Part shown: positions 1-13,054 of the stretch, in pieces | How positions within the stretch are numbered: position 1 is the first letter of the stretch | How the letters are laid out: each line of letters starts with the position of its first letter | Origin: Octopus sinensis | Taxonomy: Eukaryota | Direction of reading: 5' to 3' | Length of the DNA: 64,000 bases | Assembly (NCBI RefSeq): GCF_006345805.1 | Contig: NC_043004.1 | Location: forward strand, 32,984,001 to 33,048,000 | Program-made: the position numbers and the translations under genes | The notes under the pieces: model-generated | What the model saw: only the letters and a program-made list of their open reading frames with translations | The model's database searches: none | Told to the model about the DNA's origin: nothing

Positions 1-153
1 CACACTTTCAGTTTCTGTCTACCAAATCCACTCAACAGGCTTTGGTTGACCTAAGGCTACAGTAGAAGACACTTGCCCAAGGTGCTATGCAGTGGGACTG
101 AACCTGGAAGCATGTTGTTTGGATGCACACTTCTTACCACACAGCCATTCCTG
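1..153 (-). mobile_element. tRNA-derived SINE family B (CORE-like box), 5' part
   Basis: The reverse complement reads GGAATGGCTGTGTGGTAAG (A box)...GGTTCAGTCCC (B box)...GCACCTTGGGCAAGTGTCTTC. The same sequence recurs many times in the window. Confidence 0.85.
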
Positions 154-587
154 AAGGTCGATATTTACAAAAAATTCATTAGTAGCACCAATTATTTTGT
201 CAGTTAGTCTTAGGAAGGCAGATTAAGATGCATGGCCCTTAAGAGATCGCCTGAGACTTGTAGGGAGGTGGGAGGGAGTAAGGTATCCTTAAACCAAAGA
301 ATTTGTCCAAATATTTGCAGCAGAATGGAATGTGCTAAAGATTTCCAATGACCAGGAGGGGGAGGGGGTGTTAAATCTGACCACAGATTAAGTCATTCAT
401 CCAAACAGGCCTTACTGGACCCATTAGTGCAAGGTATCTTGTATGATACCCTCACACTTCTGCCAGCCATCTCACAGTACAAGACTGCTACTTTCTTTAT
501 CAATATCAGGAAGATGAATGATAAAACTGCCCTTGGTATGATCTGAACACAAAAGGGGGAAAAAAAAAAATCAGAATAGGTATTCGC

Positions 588-785
588 ATCAAATTCTTGG
601 CACAAGGCCAGCAATTTCGTGGAGGAGGTGGGGGGGTAGTTGATTACATTGACCCCAGTGTTCAGCTGGTACTTATTTTATTGACCCCAAAAAGATGAAA
701 AGTAAAGTAGATCTCGATGGCATTTGGACTCAGAGCACAAAAACACATGAAATCCACTAAGCATTTTCTCTGCTGTGCCAACTAT
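588..785 (-). mobile_element. Degenerate Nin/Deu-domain-type SINE (family A)
   Basis: TTGACCCCAGTG..CTGGTACTTATTTTATTGACCCC..AAAGATGAAAAG matches the reverse complement of the family A core. Confidence 0.7.
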
Positions 786-1189
786 TTTAAGCAGAATAAA
801 TATTGCAAACCATTTCATCTGATTCTCTAACAATTTTACCAGTTTGTTACTAAGGTTATGGGACAGACAAAGAGGGAGTTTCACTGCAAGAAGTTGGCTG
901 AGATTCTTTATAGTCTCCATTTGACAACCTATGAAACATGTGTTTTGCATAAAATTATGTCCTGCAGGAATATCATAATAGGCTCAGAAGGTTCCTGACA
1001 CAGAGACAGAGAACTTGTTTGTTCTGCAAGGACCAGTTCTTCTTTTACTTCTCATTTTATTTATTACCATCTCTGACGTTTCACCAAAACATATGTTCCA
1101 AACTTGTTGCTGGTGAACCATGAGGCCTTTTAGTGAAGTTCCAATATCAACCTTTGATAAAAAGAAGTCTGTTATCTCTTTCAGACCAG

Positions 1190-1345
1190 CATGTCCACAC
1201 TGTTGCCAAAGCCTCTCTCTTAATATTCAAATAATTAGATTCCGCACAAGTTAACCTCCTTGATAAATATAGCACTGGGCAGTTATTCTGTGATAAAATT
1301 CCTGATATAGATTGCTCAATAGCATTGGTCGTTGACGTGGCGCCA
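1190..1345 (-). mobile_element. Ty3/Gypsy LTR retrotransposon RNase H fragment
   Basis: The translation ISGILSQNNCPVLYLSRRLTCAESNYLNIKREALATVW matches the Gypsy RNase H motif GAVLSQ..PVAYxSRxL..AExNY...ExEALAIVW. Confidence 0.85.
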
Positions 1346-2340
1346 TTGTTGTGCCGTGTCATACAGAGTTTAACAAGAATATTAAATATTTAATAATACA
1401 AACACATGAATATGTATTTATCTGCATATGTATGTACAGACACAACGCACATACACACACACACACACACACATACACGCACACAAACTTTTATGAATAT
1501 GTATATGTATATACAAATCAATATACACATATATTATACATGTGCATTGAATATATATATGCATATATAAATCAATATATATATATCTGTATATATATTT
1601 ATTTATATACATACATAGATATACATACACACACACACATACATATATATACATATATACTTATATATATATATATATATATCAGAAACTATGATATATG
1701 TCTGTAAGCAGTTAGACATAGCACTCTATATGTTGTAATACGTGATTGTATGATTAATGTGTGCATATATGTATATTTTTATACTCGTGCATATTTAAGT
1801 ATATTAACCTATATACATTTTTATGTGTATGTATATGTTTTTATGTAGCTCTTGTGGAATGATATATGGAAGACTTGTCTTGTGTGTATGTGTATGTGTG
1901 TATATGTATAGGTATATGTATCTATCATTGGTCTACGGTTCTAGAAGACTAAAAACATGTGTATATACCTGTGTGTATATATCTAAACATTTTATCATGT
2001 ATGCACTTATCTGGTGTGGTAGCATTCTTTACCAATATCGTGAATAGAACAGTCAGTATTGATAGATAATCAAAATGTTGACCGTATAACTGATTGCTAT
2101 GAAAATGTTAAGCTGTGTAATGTTGTTACAGAAAATAATGTTGTAGAAAAGAGGAAAAAAAAAAGCAAGAAAAAAGATTTTAAAAAAATGAATAGCAAAA
2201 TGAAAGAAATGAATAAAAAAAATGAAAACTTGGTAGTTTGGTTTTTGTCTGCAAAAAATCCATCTTGTGTACAACACAACTAGACATTATTTACTAGTTA
2301 ATAAAATATTCAACAGATTACATGATTGTATATATATAAC

Positions 2341-2391
<51 letters not shown>

Positions 2392-2457
2392 TATATATAT
2401 ATACTATATATATATATGTATGTATATTTATATGTATGTATATATACACATAGATAC

Positions 2458-2506
<49 letters not shown>

Positions 2507-2846
2507 TGCATTTTCTAAATGGGGTGATAATCCTTCTGTCTAACAATCATGACCCAGGCATGTTTTGTGTGGAGAACTGGAAATGCATGACAACGTCTGA
2601 GCCCTTTGTTTTGCAAAGGGCTCATAAAATGTCCCCATATGCCAAGAAATCTGCACATGTTTTTTTTTATAGTGGACAACAAGTAAATGATACCTTAATT
2701 GCAGAGTGACCCATTTATAGCTTAGTGTACTGGAGGCATGTGAAATGAAGTATCTTGCTCAAGGACACAACACACAGCCTAGTATGGGAATTGAAACCTC
2801 GATTTGTGTTTGTGAGAGCAGCACCAAAACCACTCAGCCACATGTC

Positions 2847-2889
<43 letters not shown>

Positions 2890-3136
2890 ACTGGTTACAA
2901 TCATTGTTCCCACGTTGGGGCATTGGGTTTTTAGGTTTCTGTCACTCTTTTTATATTAACCCCAGTTGTTAGTGAGGGGTTTGTTTTGTAGTAGCACTGT
3001 CAACTTAGTGATTGGCTGAGTTAACCTAATTTTAGAGAGTTATCTCCCTTCAATGACCTGAATAAATGTCTAATATTTGCAACGATATGTGCTTGCACAT
3101 ACACACACAAATATAAATACATAATTTTATCATAAT

Positions 3137-3483
3137 CATCATCATCATCATCGTTTAACGTCCGTTTTTCCATGCTAGCATGGGTTGGACAGTTCGACTT
3201 CGGTCTGGGAAGCCAGGAGGCTGCACCAGGCTCCAGTCTGATCTGGCAGTGTTTCTACAGCTGGATGCCCTTCCTAACGCCAACCACTCTGTGAGTGTAG
3301 TGGGTGCTTTTTACGTGCCACTGACACAGGTGCCAGGGGAGGCTGGCAACGGCCACGATTGGTTGGTGCTTTTCATTTGCTACTGGCAAAGGAGCCAGTC
3401 AAGGTGGCGCTGGCATCGGCTTCATACGGATGATGTTTTTTACGTGCCACTGGCACAGGTATCACAACTACAATTTCCATTTG

Positions 3484-3485
<2 letters not shown>
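3137..3485 (-). mobile_element. SINE family C (RTE-like 3' tail, (TGA)n end)
   Basis: (ATC)n-GTTTAACGTCCG..CCATGCTAGCATGGGTTGGAC..GGATGCCCTTCCTAACGCC with internal GTGCTTTTTACGTGCCAC sub-repeats. Near-identical to the copies at 16725-17270 and 25752-26210. Confidence 0.85.
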
Positions 3486-3532
<47 letters not shown>

Positions 3533-3603
3533 ATATGTATTTATATATATATATATAATTTTATATGTATTTATATATATATATATATATATAATTTTAT
3601 ATG

Positions 3604-3635
<32 letters not shown>

Positions 3636-4206
3636 ATCTTATATGTATATAATCATTATCATCATTATCATCATCATCATCAGCATCATCATCATCATTG
3701 TTTAATGTCTGTTGTATATATATAATTACATAAGTATATATATATGTATACATATACATATATATATACATACATACATACATACATACATACATACATA
3801 CACACAAACAAACAATATCGGTGATAAAAACGAATGAAAGGAATAAAAAATTAGTGAAGACAAAAAAAGCATAATTGAAATGTCAAAGATATTTACGGAA
3901 GTGTCAAAATTTAAGAATCGAAAAAAATTGATGCCACAGTAATTTATGACATAAAGACAAAGGATGATTTTTGAAATATGAAAATGTTATGAATATTTCT
4001 GAAGTTGTTCCTCATTATAGAAAAACATTGCACTACTTCCTAAAGATCGTGGTATCAACAATAAATACTATCAAACAAAAAACTTTGACAGGGAAATGTG
4101 TGTTTCATATATACATATATATATATATATATATCCATATATATATATCCATATATACATATGTGTGTATATATATGTATATATATATATATACATGCAG
4201 ATACAT

Positions 4207-4237
<31 letters not shown>

Positions 4238-4313
4238 CACACACACCTTCACACATGAGCACACACACCCATACACACACACATGCACGCACACACATAC
4301 ACACACACACACA

Positions 4314-5200
4314 TACACAATGTGATGGGTAAATTGTTGCCATTCTATATTTTTCAATTTCGCACATGCGCATTGTTTGTTTTTGATTTTGTCGACTATA
4401 CAGTATCGTAGGGTCAGTTGGGCACTATCCATGAGAGAAACAGCACCATGACACAATTCACTCTGCCAGAAACTTGAAAATGACATGCTTACAGCTTAGC
4501 ATTCACATTGGAAGCTCCAATATGAACATTTCAGAGTGTTTGGGTGTCAATCTGAGGACAGCGCAATCTGAGGACATCTACTGAGAGTGATAAAAATCAA
4601 ACATCCTGTCAATATGACGGTGTTTGGAGTGATCCCTAGTGATGTCGATGTTATGCCTCCATTCATCTTCTCACTCGGCCTCAGACTCAAAACGGAGACC
4701 TGCATCAAGTGCTAAGAGGTGGTAGTGCTGCTGTGGTTCAAGAGGGTTGCTGCTTGAAGGCCCTATGTCTGGCGACAGGACTCTGCACCATGTCACACAA
4801 GCAGGAGAACCCAGTCATGGCTGTCAGACAATTTATGTGACCACATGACCTCTAATATCTGGCTACCTAACTCCCTAGACTGCAATCCCCTTGTTTATCA
4901 TGTGTGGGGTGCAGTTGAGTGAAAGACCTACAAAACTCCTTGTAAAACCAAAGATGAACTGAAGGCAAGGATTATGGAAGCAATCACCAAATTAAACAAG
5001 GAGACCATCCAGAAGAGTTGTAGGAGATTCCGAAGTCGTCTGGAGGCTGTGGTTGGAGTGAATGGCGATTTTAGTGAATAAATTTGCTCTTTAGTATTTC
5101 AAGATATTTTTATGTAATTTTGGTAAATATATCTTAAAACTGGACGTCAGTGTTATTTTCATTTTTGTGTAATTTAGACAAGTTATTCACTGCACCCTGT
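4314..5200 (+). mobile_element. Internally deleted Tc1/mariner-superfamily maT (DD37D) transposon
   Basis: Frame 4593-5081, with internal stops, gives KHPVNMTVFGVI...WRQDSAPCHTSRRTQSWL...WLPNSLDCNPL(V, GTT from GAT)YHVWG...RFRSRLEAVV..NG. There are 37 residues between the second and third catalytic positions. Ends are degenerate: TACACAATGTGATGGGTAAATTG and TTATTCACTGCACCCTGTA. Confidence 0.85.
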
Positions 5201-5456
5201 ATGTACACATACACAAATGTATGTATATACAACTAAGATGTGTGTGTGTGTAATGAAATTAAAGCTTTAATCTCCTGACTTGAATTTCAGGCCTCTGCAA
5301 TCTTCAGGAGGGAACTAAAGATTGCAGTGGTGCAAAGATCAAGTCATGTGATAAGAATTTGGTTTTGATAAACCATGTAATCTACAACACGTACTGAACA
5401 CTCTCCTTTCATTCATTTGGAATAATATATAACACACACACACACACACATATATA

Positions 5457-6070
5457 TCATCATCATTTAGTGTCCGTTGTCCATGCTGGCACATGCTGGC
5501 ATGGGTTGGATGGTTTGACCAAGGATGGCATGCTGGAAGGCTGCACCAGACTCTGGTCTGATTTGGCATGGTCTCTACAGCTGGATGCCCTTCCTAACAC
5601 CAACTACTCTGAGAGTGTAATAGGTGCTTTTATGTGCCCCCATCATGGGTGCCATGTACGTGACACTAGTATCTGCCATGACTGTGATTTTGTCAGCTTC
5701 ATGGGTCTTCTTCTCAAGCACAACATAATGCCAAAGGTCTTGGTCATTGCCTCCATGAGGCCCAATACTTTACCTCCATGAGGCCCAACACTCGAAAGGT
5801 ACTCGGCCACTTTGCCTCCATGAGGCCCAACACTCGAAAGGAACTCGGCCACTTTGCCTCCATGAGGCCCAACACTCGAAAGGAACTCGGCGACTTTGCC
5901 TCCATGAGGCCCAACATTCGAAAGGTACTCAGCCACTTTGCCTCTGTCAGGCTCAATGTTCAAAGGTTAATTTTTACATGTACCACCAGCATGGGTGCAC
6001 TTGGCTTGACAGGTCCTCTTAAGCAGAGCACATTGCCAAAAGTCTCGGTCACTAGTCATTGCCTCTGTGA
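5457..6070 (-). mobile_element. SINE family C-type copy containing a 42-bp minisatellite
   Basis: The same RTE-like tail as 3137-3485 is present at 5457-5640. Confidence 0.7.
5745..5960. repeat. 42-bp minisatellite (~4.5 units)
   Basis: The unit TTGCCTCCATGAGGCCCAACACTCGAAAGGAACTCGGCCACT repeats head-to-tail. Confidence 0.95.
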
Positions 6071-6094
6071 GGTTTCTATATATTGGGAATAAGA

Positions 6095-6330
6095 GGCATC
6101 AATTGTAGTGTCCAAGAGAAAAGACTCAGCTGGGGTGGTCATGTGATGTACATGGATGAGGACAGCTGCCAATCTCTAATTGTGGAGGGAACCTGTGGAA
6201 GAGGTAGACCCAGGAAGTTGTAGGACAAAGTGGTGAGAAAGGATCTTCAAATGTTGGACCTCCCTGAGGAAATGACCAGGGACTGAGACTGTTGTCAATT
6301 TGTTGTGTTTGAGAAGACATGGCCATCCAT
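6095..6330 (+). mobile_element. RTE-clade LINE 3' coding relic
   Basis: Frameshifted translation RLSWGGHVMYMDEDSC..VEGTCGRGRPRK..VVRKDL is typical of the RTE C-terminus (RLRWxGHVxRM...GRGRPxK). Confidence 0.8.
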
Positions 6331-6714
6331 ACATACAGGTATGTCCTTTACAGCTATGCCCTCCATTGCCTCTCTCAGCCGAGAGGTCCTTATCTTGCAG
6401 AGTCATGGGTTCTGGTGCTATATACAAAGCCCCTGTGCTGGTGCCACATAGAAAGCACCAAGATCATGATGTAAAGAAGCTGGCATTAGGAAGGGGACTG
6501 AGCCATAGAAACCTTGCCCAAAGCAGACAATTGGAGCCTGGACAACTCTCCAGTTGACCAGCTTCTGTCAAACCATCCAACCCATGCCAGCACTGAAAAC
6601 GGACGTTAAATGATGATAATGATGATGATGATATATCTATTATATCAAAGTTGATAAGTCTAGTCCTAGTTTGACCCTTAGCTGGGATGTTTCTCAATTA
6701 GATGTATGTGTGCA

Positions 6715-6746
<32 letters not shown>

Positions 6747-6871
6747 CACACACACACATATGTATGTATATATTTATTCATCTATCATTTCAAATTACTA
6801 TTGTTTATTTTCGTATATCCAACCTGTGTTATTTTGTTTGCTTAATCCCTAATTCTCTGCAAATCTTGCAG

Positions 6872-6925
6872 GTGCTGCCAATATATGAAGTTCCTAGTCC
6901 TATCATTAAAGGCATGAAACTATTT
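6872..6925 (+). CDS. Candidate internal coding exon (54 bp, VLPIYEVPSPIIKGMKLF), gene unknown
   Basis: It is preceded by a CTAAT branch-like motif, a pyrimidine tract and TTGCAG, and followed by GTAAGC. The phase-0 frame is open and the length is a multiple of 3. I recognise no homolog and found no partner exon. Confidence 0.3.
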
Positions 6926-7043
6926 GTAAGCATGAAATGCATGAAAGTATTTTTAGGTTAATAACTGATGAAGTATTAGTGTTCTGGTGTCTGCCCTACA
7001 TGTACGTTTTGTAGTATTTAATGCGTTTTTCATTTATTAAATA

Positions 7044-7181
7044 CAGGAGTGGCTGTGTGGTAAGTAGCTTGCTTCCCAATCACATGGTTATGAGTTCAGT
7101 CCCACTGCGTGGCACCTTGGGCAAGTGTCTTCTACTATAACCTCGGGCCGATCAAAACCTTGTGAGCCCGTCGTATATATG

Positions 7182-7268
<87 letters not shown>

Positions 7269-7484
7269 GTATGTATGTGTGTGTATATGTTTGTGTGTCT
7301 GTACTTGACAACCGATGCTGGTGTGTTTACATCCCTGTAATTTATTAGTTTGGCAAAAGAGGCTGATAAAATAAGTACTAGGCTTACAAAGAATAATTCC
7401 TGGGATCAATTTGCTCATCTAAAGGCGATGCTCCACCATGGCCACAGTCAAATGACTGAAACAAGTAAAAGAATAAAAGAATAA
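7044..7484 (+). mobile_element. Full-length SINE family B with internal microsatellite
   Basis: tRNA-like head GGAGTGGCTGTGTGGTAAG..GAGTTCAGTCCC, CORE-like GGCACCTTGGGCAAGT, (TA)n/(TG)n middle, and 3' end CAGTCAAATGACTGAAACAAGTAAAAGAATAAAAGAA. Confidence 0.9.
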
Positions 7485-8249
7485 TTGAAGGTAAAACCTT
7501 CTTTTGTGCTACAGTCTTCATATTTTAGTATTTCTTCTTTAATTTAGTTTGAGATGCAGCACAGAATTTTGTCGGTGATCAGGTCATGGTTTGAAAGCCA
7601 GGAAAATATTTTGACAACTTAAATTTAAATGTTGAAGTGAATCTAACGGTTTTTGTGTGATTTTTAAATGGCTTAAAGACACCTTCCATGCTGCAATTGT
7701 TTTAGTTTAGTTTAAGTTCAGAAAATAATGCTTCTCAGAACATTAGCAGTTCAGCAAATGAGACTGATAAAACCTTTTCATCCTGCATGATCCAAATTTT
7801 TGGTTGTTTAACCAGTTTTAACTGTGCTGACTTGTGATAAAAGCTTTACCATTTAGGATCATTTTATCTCTTATTGTGTGCAGTGAATCTAGGAATTCAT
7901 GATCCAATGTACCATATCTTTTTAAGAATGATAAATACATATTTGAGAGAGATTTGGTTGCTTTTTCTAGCTGGCAAAATGCCCCTATCGAGCAATCAGG
8001 GGTAATCTTTATCAAGAAGCAGGCTGTATGAGATATGGCTCATCGTCATCCTATAAAGACAGGAGGTAATTTTTCATTAGGCATGCTTTCAGAAAACCCT
8101 CAGCCTACACGGTCCCCTTGACTGCTGTAGGGGGCTCTTTTATTTGCTCATACATCCTTAAATTCTTACATCATGTGACCCCTATTCCAAGATGTGAAGA
8201 ATAGCTGGTGGATTGACTGCTGAGAGCTTAATTTTCCCATACTGGTGTT

Positions 8250-8600
8250 GTGTAAAAATCACCTGTGCTGGTGCTACATAAAATGTATCGATGCTGGGGC
8301 CATGTAAAAAGCACCTCTTCTTGTTCTCTATACAAAGCACTCAGACTGCTGTCACATGAAGAACTTCGGTGCTGCTGCCACATAAAAAGGGCCTGTGTTG
8401 CTGCCATGTAAAAGGCGTCTGTGATTCTACATAAAAAGCCCCCAGTACACCTAATAAAGGGTTTGGCATTAGGAAGGGCATCCACGCATAGAAACCATGC
8501 CAGTCAGACATATGAGCCAGGTACATAGCTCTGGATTGTCCAACCCATGCCAGCCTTGAAAACGGACGTTAAATGACAATGATGGTGATGATGATAATGA
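8250..8600 (+). mobile_element. SINE family C copy
   Basis: GTGCTGGTGC..TAAAA sub-repeats followed by GGCATTAGGAAGGGCATCC..CCAACCCATGCCAGC..AAACGGACGTTAAATGA and a (TGA)n tail. Confidence 0.8.
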
Positions 8601-8989
8601 TGACGATGATGATGACAATGATGATGACAATGATGATGAGGATGAAGATATTGCTGTTGTGATGGAAGAACTCGAACCGGGAATCAATCAGTTCAGTTGA
8701 TATTCTCTCTTCCACAGTTTTCTACTCCACTCTGAAATAACTTCAGCCATCAACAACTACAAAAGCAAACCACCACCAACAACAACAACAGCAGCAGCAG
8801 CAGCAGCAGCTCTTGGTCTGTTGGATATTCTCTGCCACACTTTTGAATATCTAAAGATAAGCAGGAAGATGCAGTGAATCTACATCTGTAACAATGTGAC
8901 TTTACAGCGACAGTCTCAATCTTGCTCACCAACAAACAAAAATATATAAATCAGCAAGAAGATAAAGAAGACAAAAATAAGAAACTAAT

Positions 8990-9092
8990 AAGCAAAGTAT
9001 ATACACACATACACACTCGTGTGTGTGTGTATGTATATATATACATATACATACACACACATAGATAAATAAGCATACTAACACTTGTTTCC

Positions 9093-9128
<36 letters not shown>

Positions 9129-9471
9129 TGTTACATATATATGCAAGTATATGTAGCTTTATATACACACGTGTGCGTGTATTTATCTATATATATATGC
9201 ACACACACACACACACACATACATAAATAAGCATAAGAACACTTGCGTCTGTATATATGTATATATATACACACTTACGCTTACGTATATATGCAAATAT
9301 ATGTAGATCTATATACATACGTGCATGTGTATTTATATATATATATATACACACTCACACACACACACATACATACATCTATAAGCATACAAACACTTGT
9401 GTCTTTATATATATATATATATATATATATACACTTACATATGTATGCAAATATATGTAGATCTCTCTCTC

Positions 9472-9521
<50 letters not shown>

Positions 9522-9965
9522 GTGTGTGTGTATGTGTGTATTTGTGTGTGCATACAGAGCTTTATATAAGATGATATATTTCCTTGCAAAAAGTGATTGG
9601 TAAAACCCGTCCTTCTTATTCTTCCATTTGTGGAGCTTTTCTAGATTTTTCTGAGATTAAAACATAAGACCCAAAAGTTGTATCTAAACACAATCTGCAT
9701 GAAAATTGCAGAAATTACTTTCCAGATTGCATACAGATTCTCTTACTATCTTCTTTCATTCATATTATTGCTATTATATATTATTTAAATATACACACAT
9801 ACATACATGCATACATACATGCATACATACATGCATACATGCATTCATACATACATACATACATACATACATACATACATACATGTGTGTGTGTGTGTGA
9901 GTATACATATCTATATATGTATGTATATAAAGGCATGCGCACATATATATGTATATATTTCATAT

Positions 9966-10016
<51 letters not shown>

Positions 10017-10396
10017 TATCTATATATATATATGTATATATATATATGTATATAATATGTGCATATACATATAGACGTAGGTGTGTATGTGGATATCTAT
10101 ATGCATATAGGTATCTGTGGTGTCCACGTGTGTATATAAACTTATACACCTTCTATGCATATCTACTTAATCTATTTATCTACACCTGTATACACACACA
10201 TACACATATATAAGCATATGCACATATTAACATGCAAATGCATCTACTAATATATACATGTATATATATATAATATACATATAGAAAAAATATGTGTATA
10301 TATATGTATACATATATATATATATATATACATATAATATATATAATATATATATATATACATGTATATACATATATATGTATTTGTATATATATG

Positions 10397-10429
<33 letters not shown>

Positions 10430-10860
10430 TATATCTATATATATATATTATATGTATATATATATGTATACATATATATACACATTTTTTTTCTATATGT
10501 ATATATATATACATACACGTGCATACATAAATTGGTGATGAATGTATTTACTTAGGAGAATAAACGTAGACTGTAATGTATGTGCATGTGTGTGTGTGTG
10601 TATATACACACACATACACATATATATATATATACGTATATATATGTATTTGTATGTATATGTATGCACATATGTATAAATGTATATAAGTATTTGTAGA
10701 TGTATATATACATTACATATGAGGGAATTTAGAAAGAAGTCATGTATATACATAATACAATGATTTTCATTTACACACATTTAGATGCATGTTCAGATAT
10801 GTGTGCTTATGTATATCTATATATATACATACATACAAACATGTGTATATATATATATAT

Positions 10861-10892
<32 letters not shown>

Positions 10893-11357
10893 ATACGTGT
10901 GTGTGTATGTATATAGATATGTATGCATGTATGTATGTATACATATATATATATGCATATATATACATTTAGGTATAAATTGTACACAAATGCACATATA
11001 CAGCAACATGTGTACTTACATAAATGCATATGTACACACACATGTCCAAACTCTCAGACACAATCACATGTATATGTAATTTTTATGCACACAATTACAC
11101 ACACATACCTTTAATGCATACATTTGTTTTTGTGTGTGCATGTATTTATATAAGATTATGTATGTATGTATCTATTCATATATGTATATGTGTATGTTTA
11201 TATATATATATGTATATGTGTATGTTTATATATATATATTTGTATATATATATATATACATGTATGTGTGTATATATATATGTTATATATATATATGTGT
11301 GTTTGTGTGTATTTATATGTATATATATATATATAGATATATATATATGTATGTGTA

Positions 11358-11407
<50 letters not shown>

Positions 11408-11500
11408 CACACATGATTTTGTGTGTGTAATTCTATATATATATGTGTGTGTGTTTGTGTGTGTGTGTGAATGTATATACATATGTATAATTTTCATGTG
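8990..11500. repeat. Compound (TA)n/(CA)n/(TACA)n microsatellite field
   Basis: About 2.5 kb dominated by dinucleotide and tetranucleotide repeats. Confidence 0.95.
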
Positions 11501-11939
11501 TTTTTAAGAATGATTCATCGATTTTCTTTGATTTTTCTCTACTTTTTTTTTTCCATTTGCTGCTGGAATTCTTTTATTCCTGATTCTATCCAAACTACTG
11601 TATGGTAACATTCAATTCCACTTTGCCACGACTAGAATGGTAATATGGTAATATACAGTGACATTTCCTACTACAACCCCAGAAAAAGGCCTTCAGTGGC
11701 GTGTTTCGCTAGCTTCCATTTCAATTCTGTTTTAGTTAAGTGTAAATGTATTTAACCTTTTACCTGTTGCTATGAAACTGGTAAGAGAATATGTCGACAG
11801 GGAAAAAAGGGTCTCACACAGTCGCATGAATTTTCATACTGCACCTATCTCATTGATTTCATTCTTAGGTCTCTGCTCTTTTTGTCCTGCTTAAATGCAT
11901 AACATTTGAGAATAAAATGTTTATGTATGTACATGTATA

Positions 11940-11943
11940 CCTA

Positions 11944-12028
<85 letters not shown>

Positions 12029-12182
12029 CTCTCATTATCTCTCTCAATCTATCTATCTATCTACCTATCTCTCTCTCTCTCTCTCATTCTCTCTCTCTCT
12101 ATCTATCTATCACTCTCTCTCAATCTCTCTCTCTTTCTCTCTATCTATCTACCTATCTATCTATCTATCTATCTATCTATCC
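11940..12182. repeat. (CTAT)n/(CTGT)n/(CT)n microsatellite
   Basis: Read directly from the sequence. Confidence 0.95.
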
Positions 12183-13054
12183 ACATATATATACATATCA
12201 TAAGTAAGTTAATTGCCACATCAATATGGCTATTCAATGTTAGTACCCTTTTAACCCCAGGCACATCTTCTGCCAGCTGGTTATAGGTGTAACCTGGCAG
12301 AAACGTTAGCATGCCAGGTGAAATGCTTAGCAGTATTTCATCTTTCCAGGGTCAACAAATAAAGTACCAGTTGCATGCTGGAGTTGATCTAATCGATTGC
12401 CCCCATCCCCCAAAATTTTGGCCCTTTTTCCTAGAGTAGAAAAAAAATGTATGTATATATATATATATATGTGTGTGTATCATCACCATCATCATCATTT
12501 AACATCCGCTGTCCATGCTGGCAAGAGTTGGACAGTTTTGACCAGTGCTGGTGGTAAGCTGAGAGGCTGCACATATGTATTATATAAGTGGTCAGCTGGC
12601 AGAATCATTAGCATACCAGGAAAAATGCTTAGTGGCATTTCGTCGGTCCTTGTGTTCTGAGTTCAAATTCCACCAGGGTTGACTTTGCTTTTCATCCTTT
12701 TGGGGTCAATAAAAGAAGTACCGGTTGCGTACTCCCTATTCTTTAGTAAGCCATGCTCTGCTGACTTATTGACATGTTCCACCTACAGCTGGGGCATGTG
12801 CCCTCACCTCAAGAAATACTACTCTATGCTACCACTTAGTTTGCTAGAAATAGAAGCCAAATCTTTCTCTGATTATTGCCTTGTATGTTAAAAGCAGAAA
12901 GGACACTTTGGGTAGTTTAATCACAGATATATCAAAAGACAGGACAGTCATGGATGGATCATTATTTGATTGTATGTTTGCTCAACCAGGACTGGTCATT
13001 CAGCTAACATCACCATCAATATCACCATCAGCTGCAGCAGTGACAAGATCAATA

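Noticed and set aside
5745-5960. CRISPR-like array
   Set aside because: The units are contiguous with no unique spacers, the context is eukaryotic and there are no cas genes.
6963-7030. CTGATGA as a hammerhead or snoRNA C box
   Set aside because: No stem II/GAAA and no downstream D box with a terminal stem. The same applies to CTGATGA at 24492, 25202, 34291 and 53672.
8704-8876. Acceptor-like TTCTCTCTTCCACAG followed by a short open frame
   Set aside because: The frame is largely (AAC)/(CAG) microsatellite, and there is no donor site or homology support.
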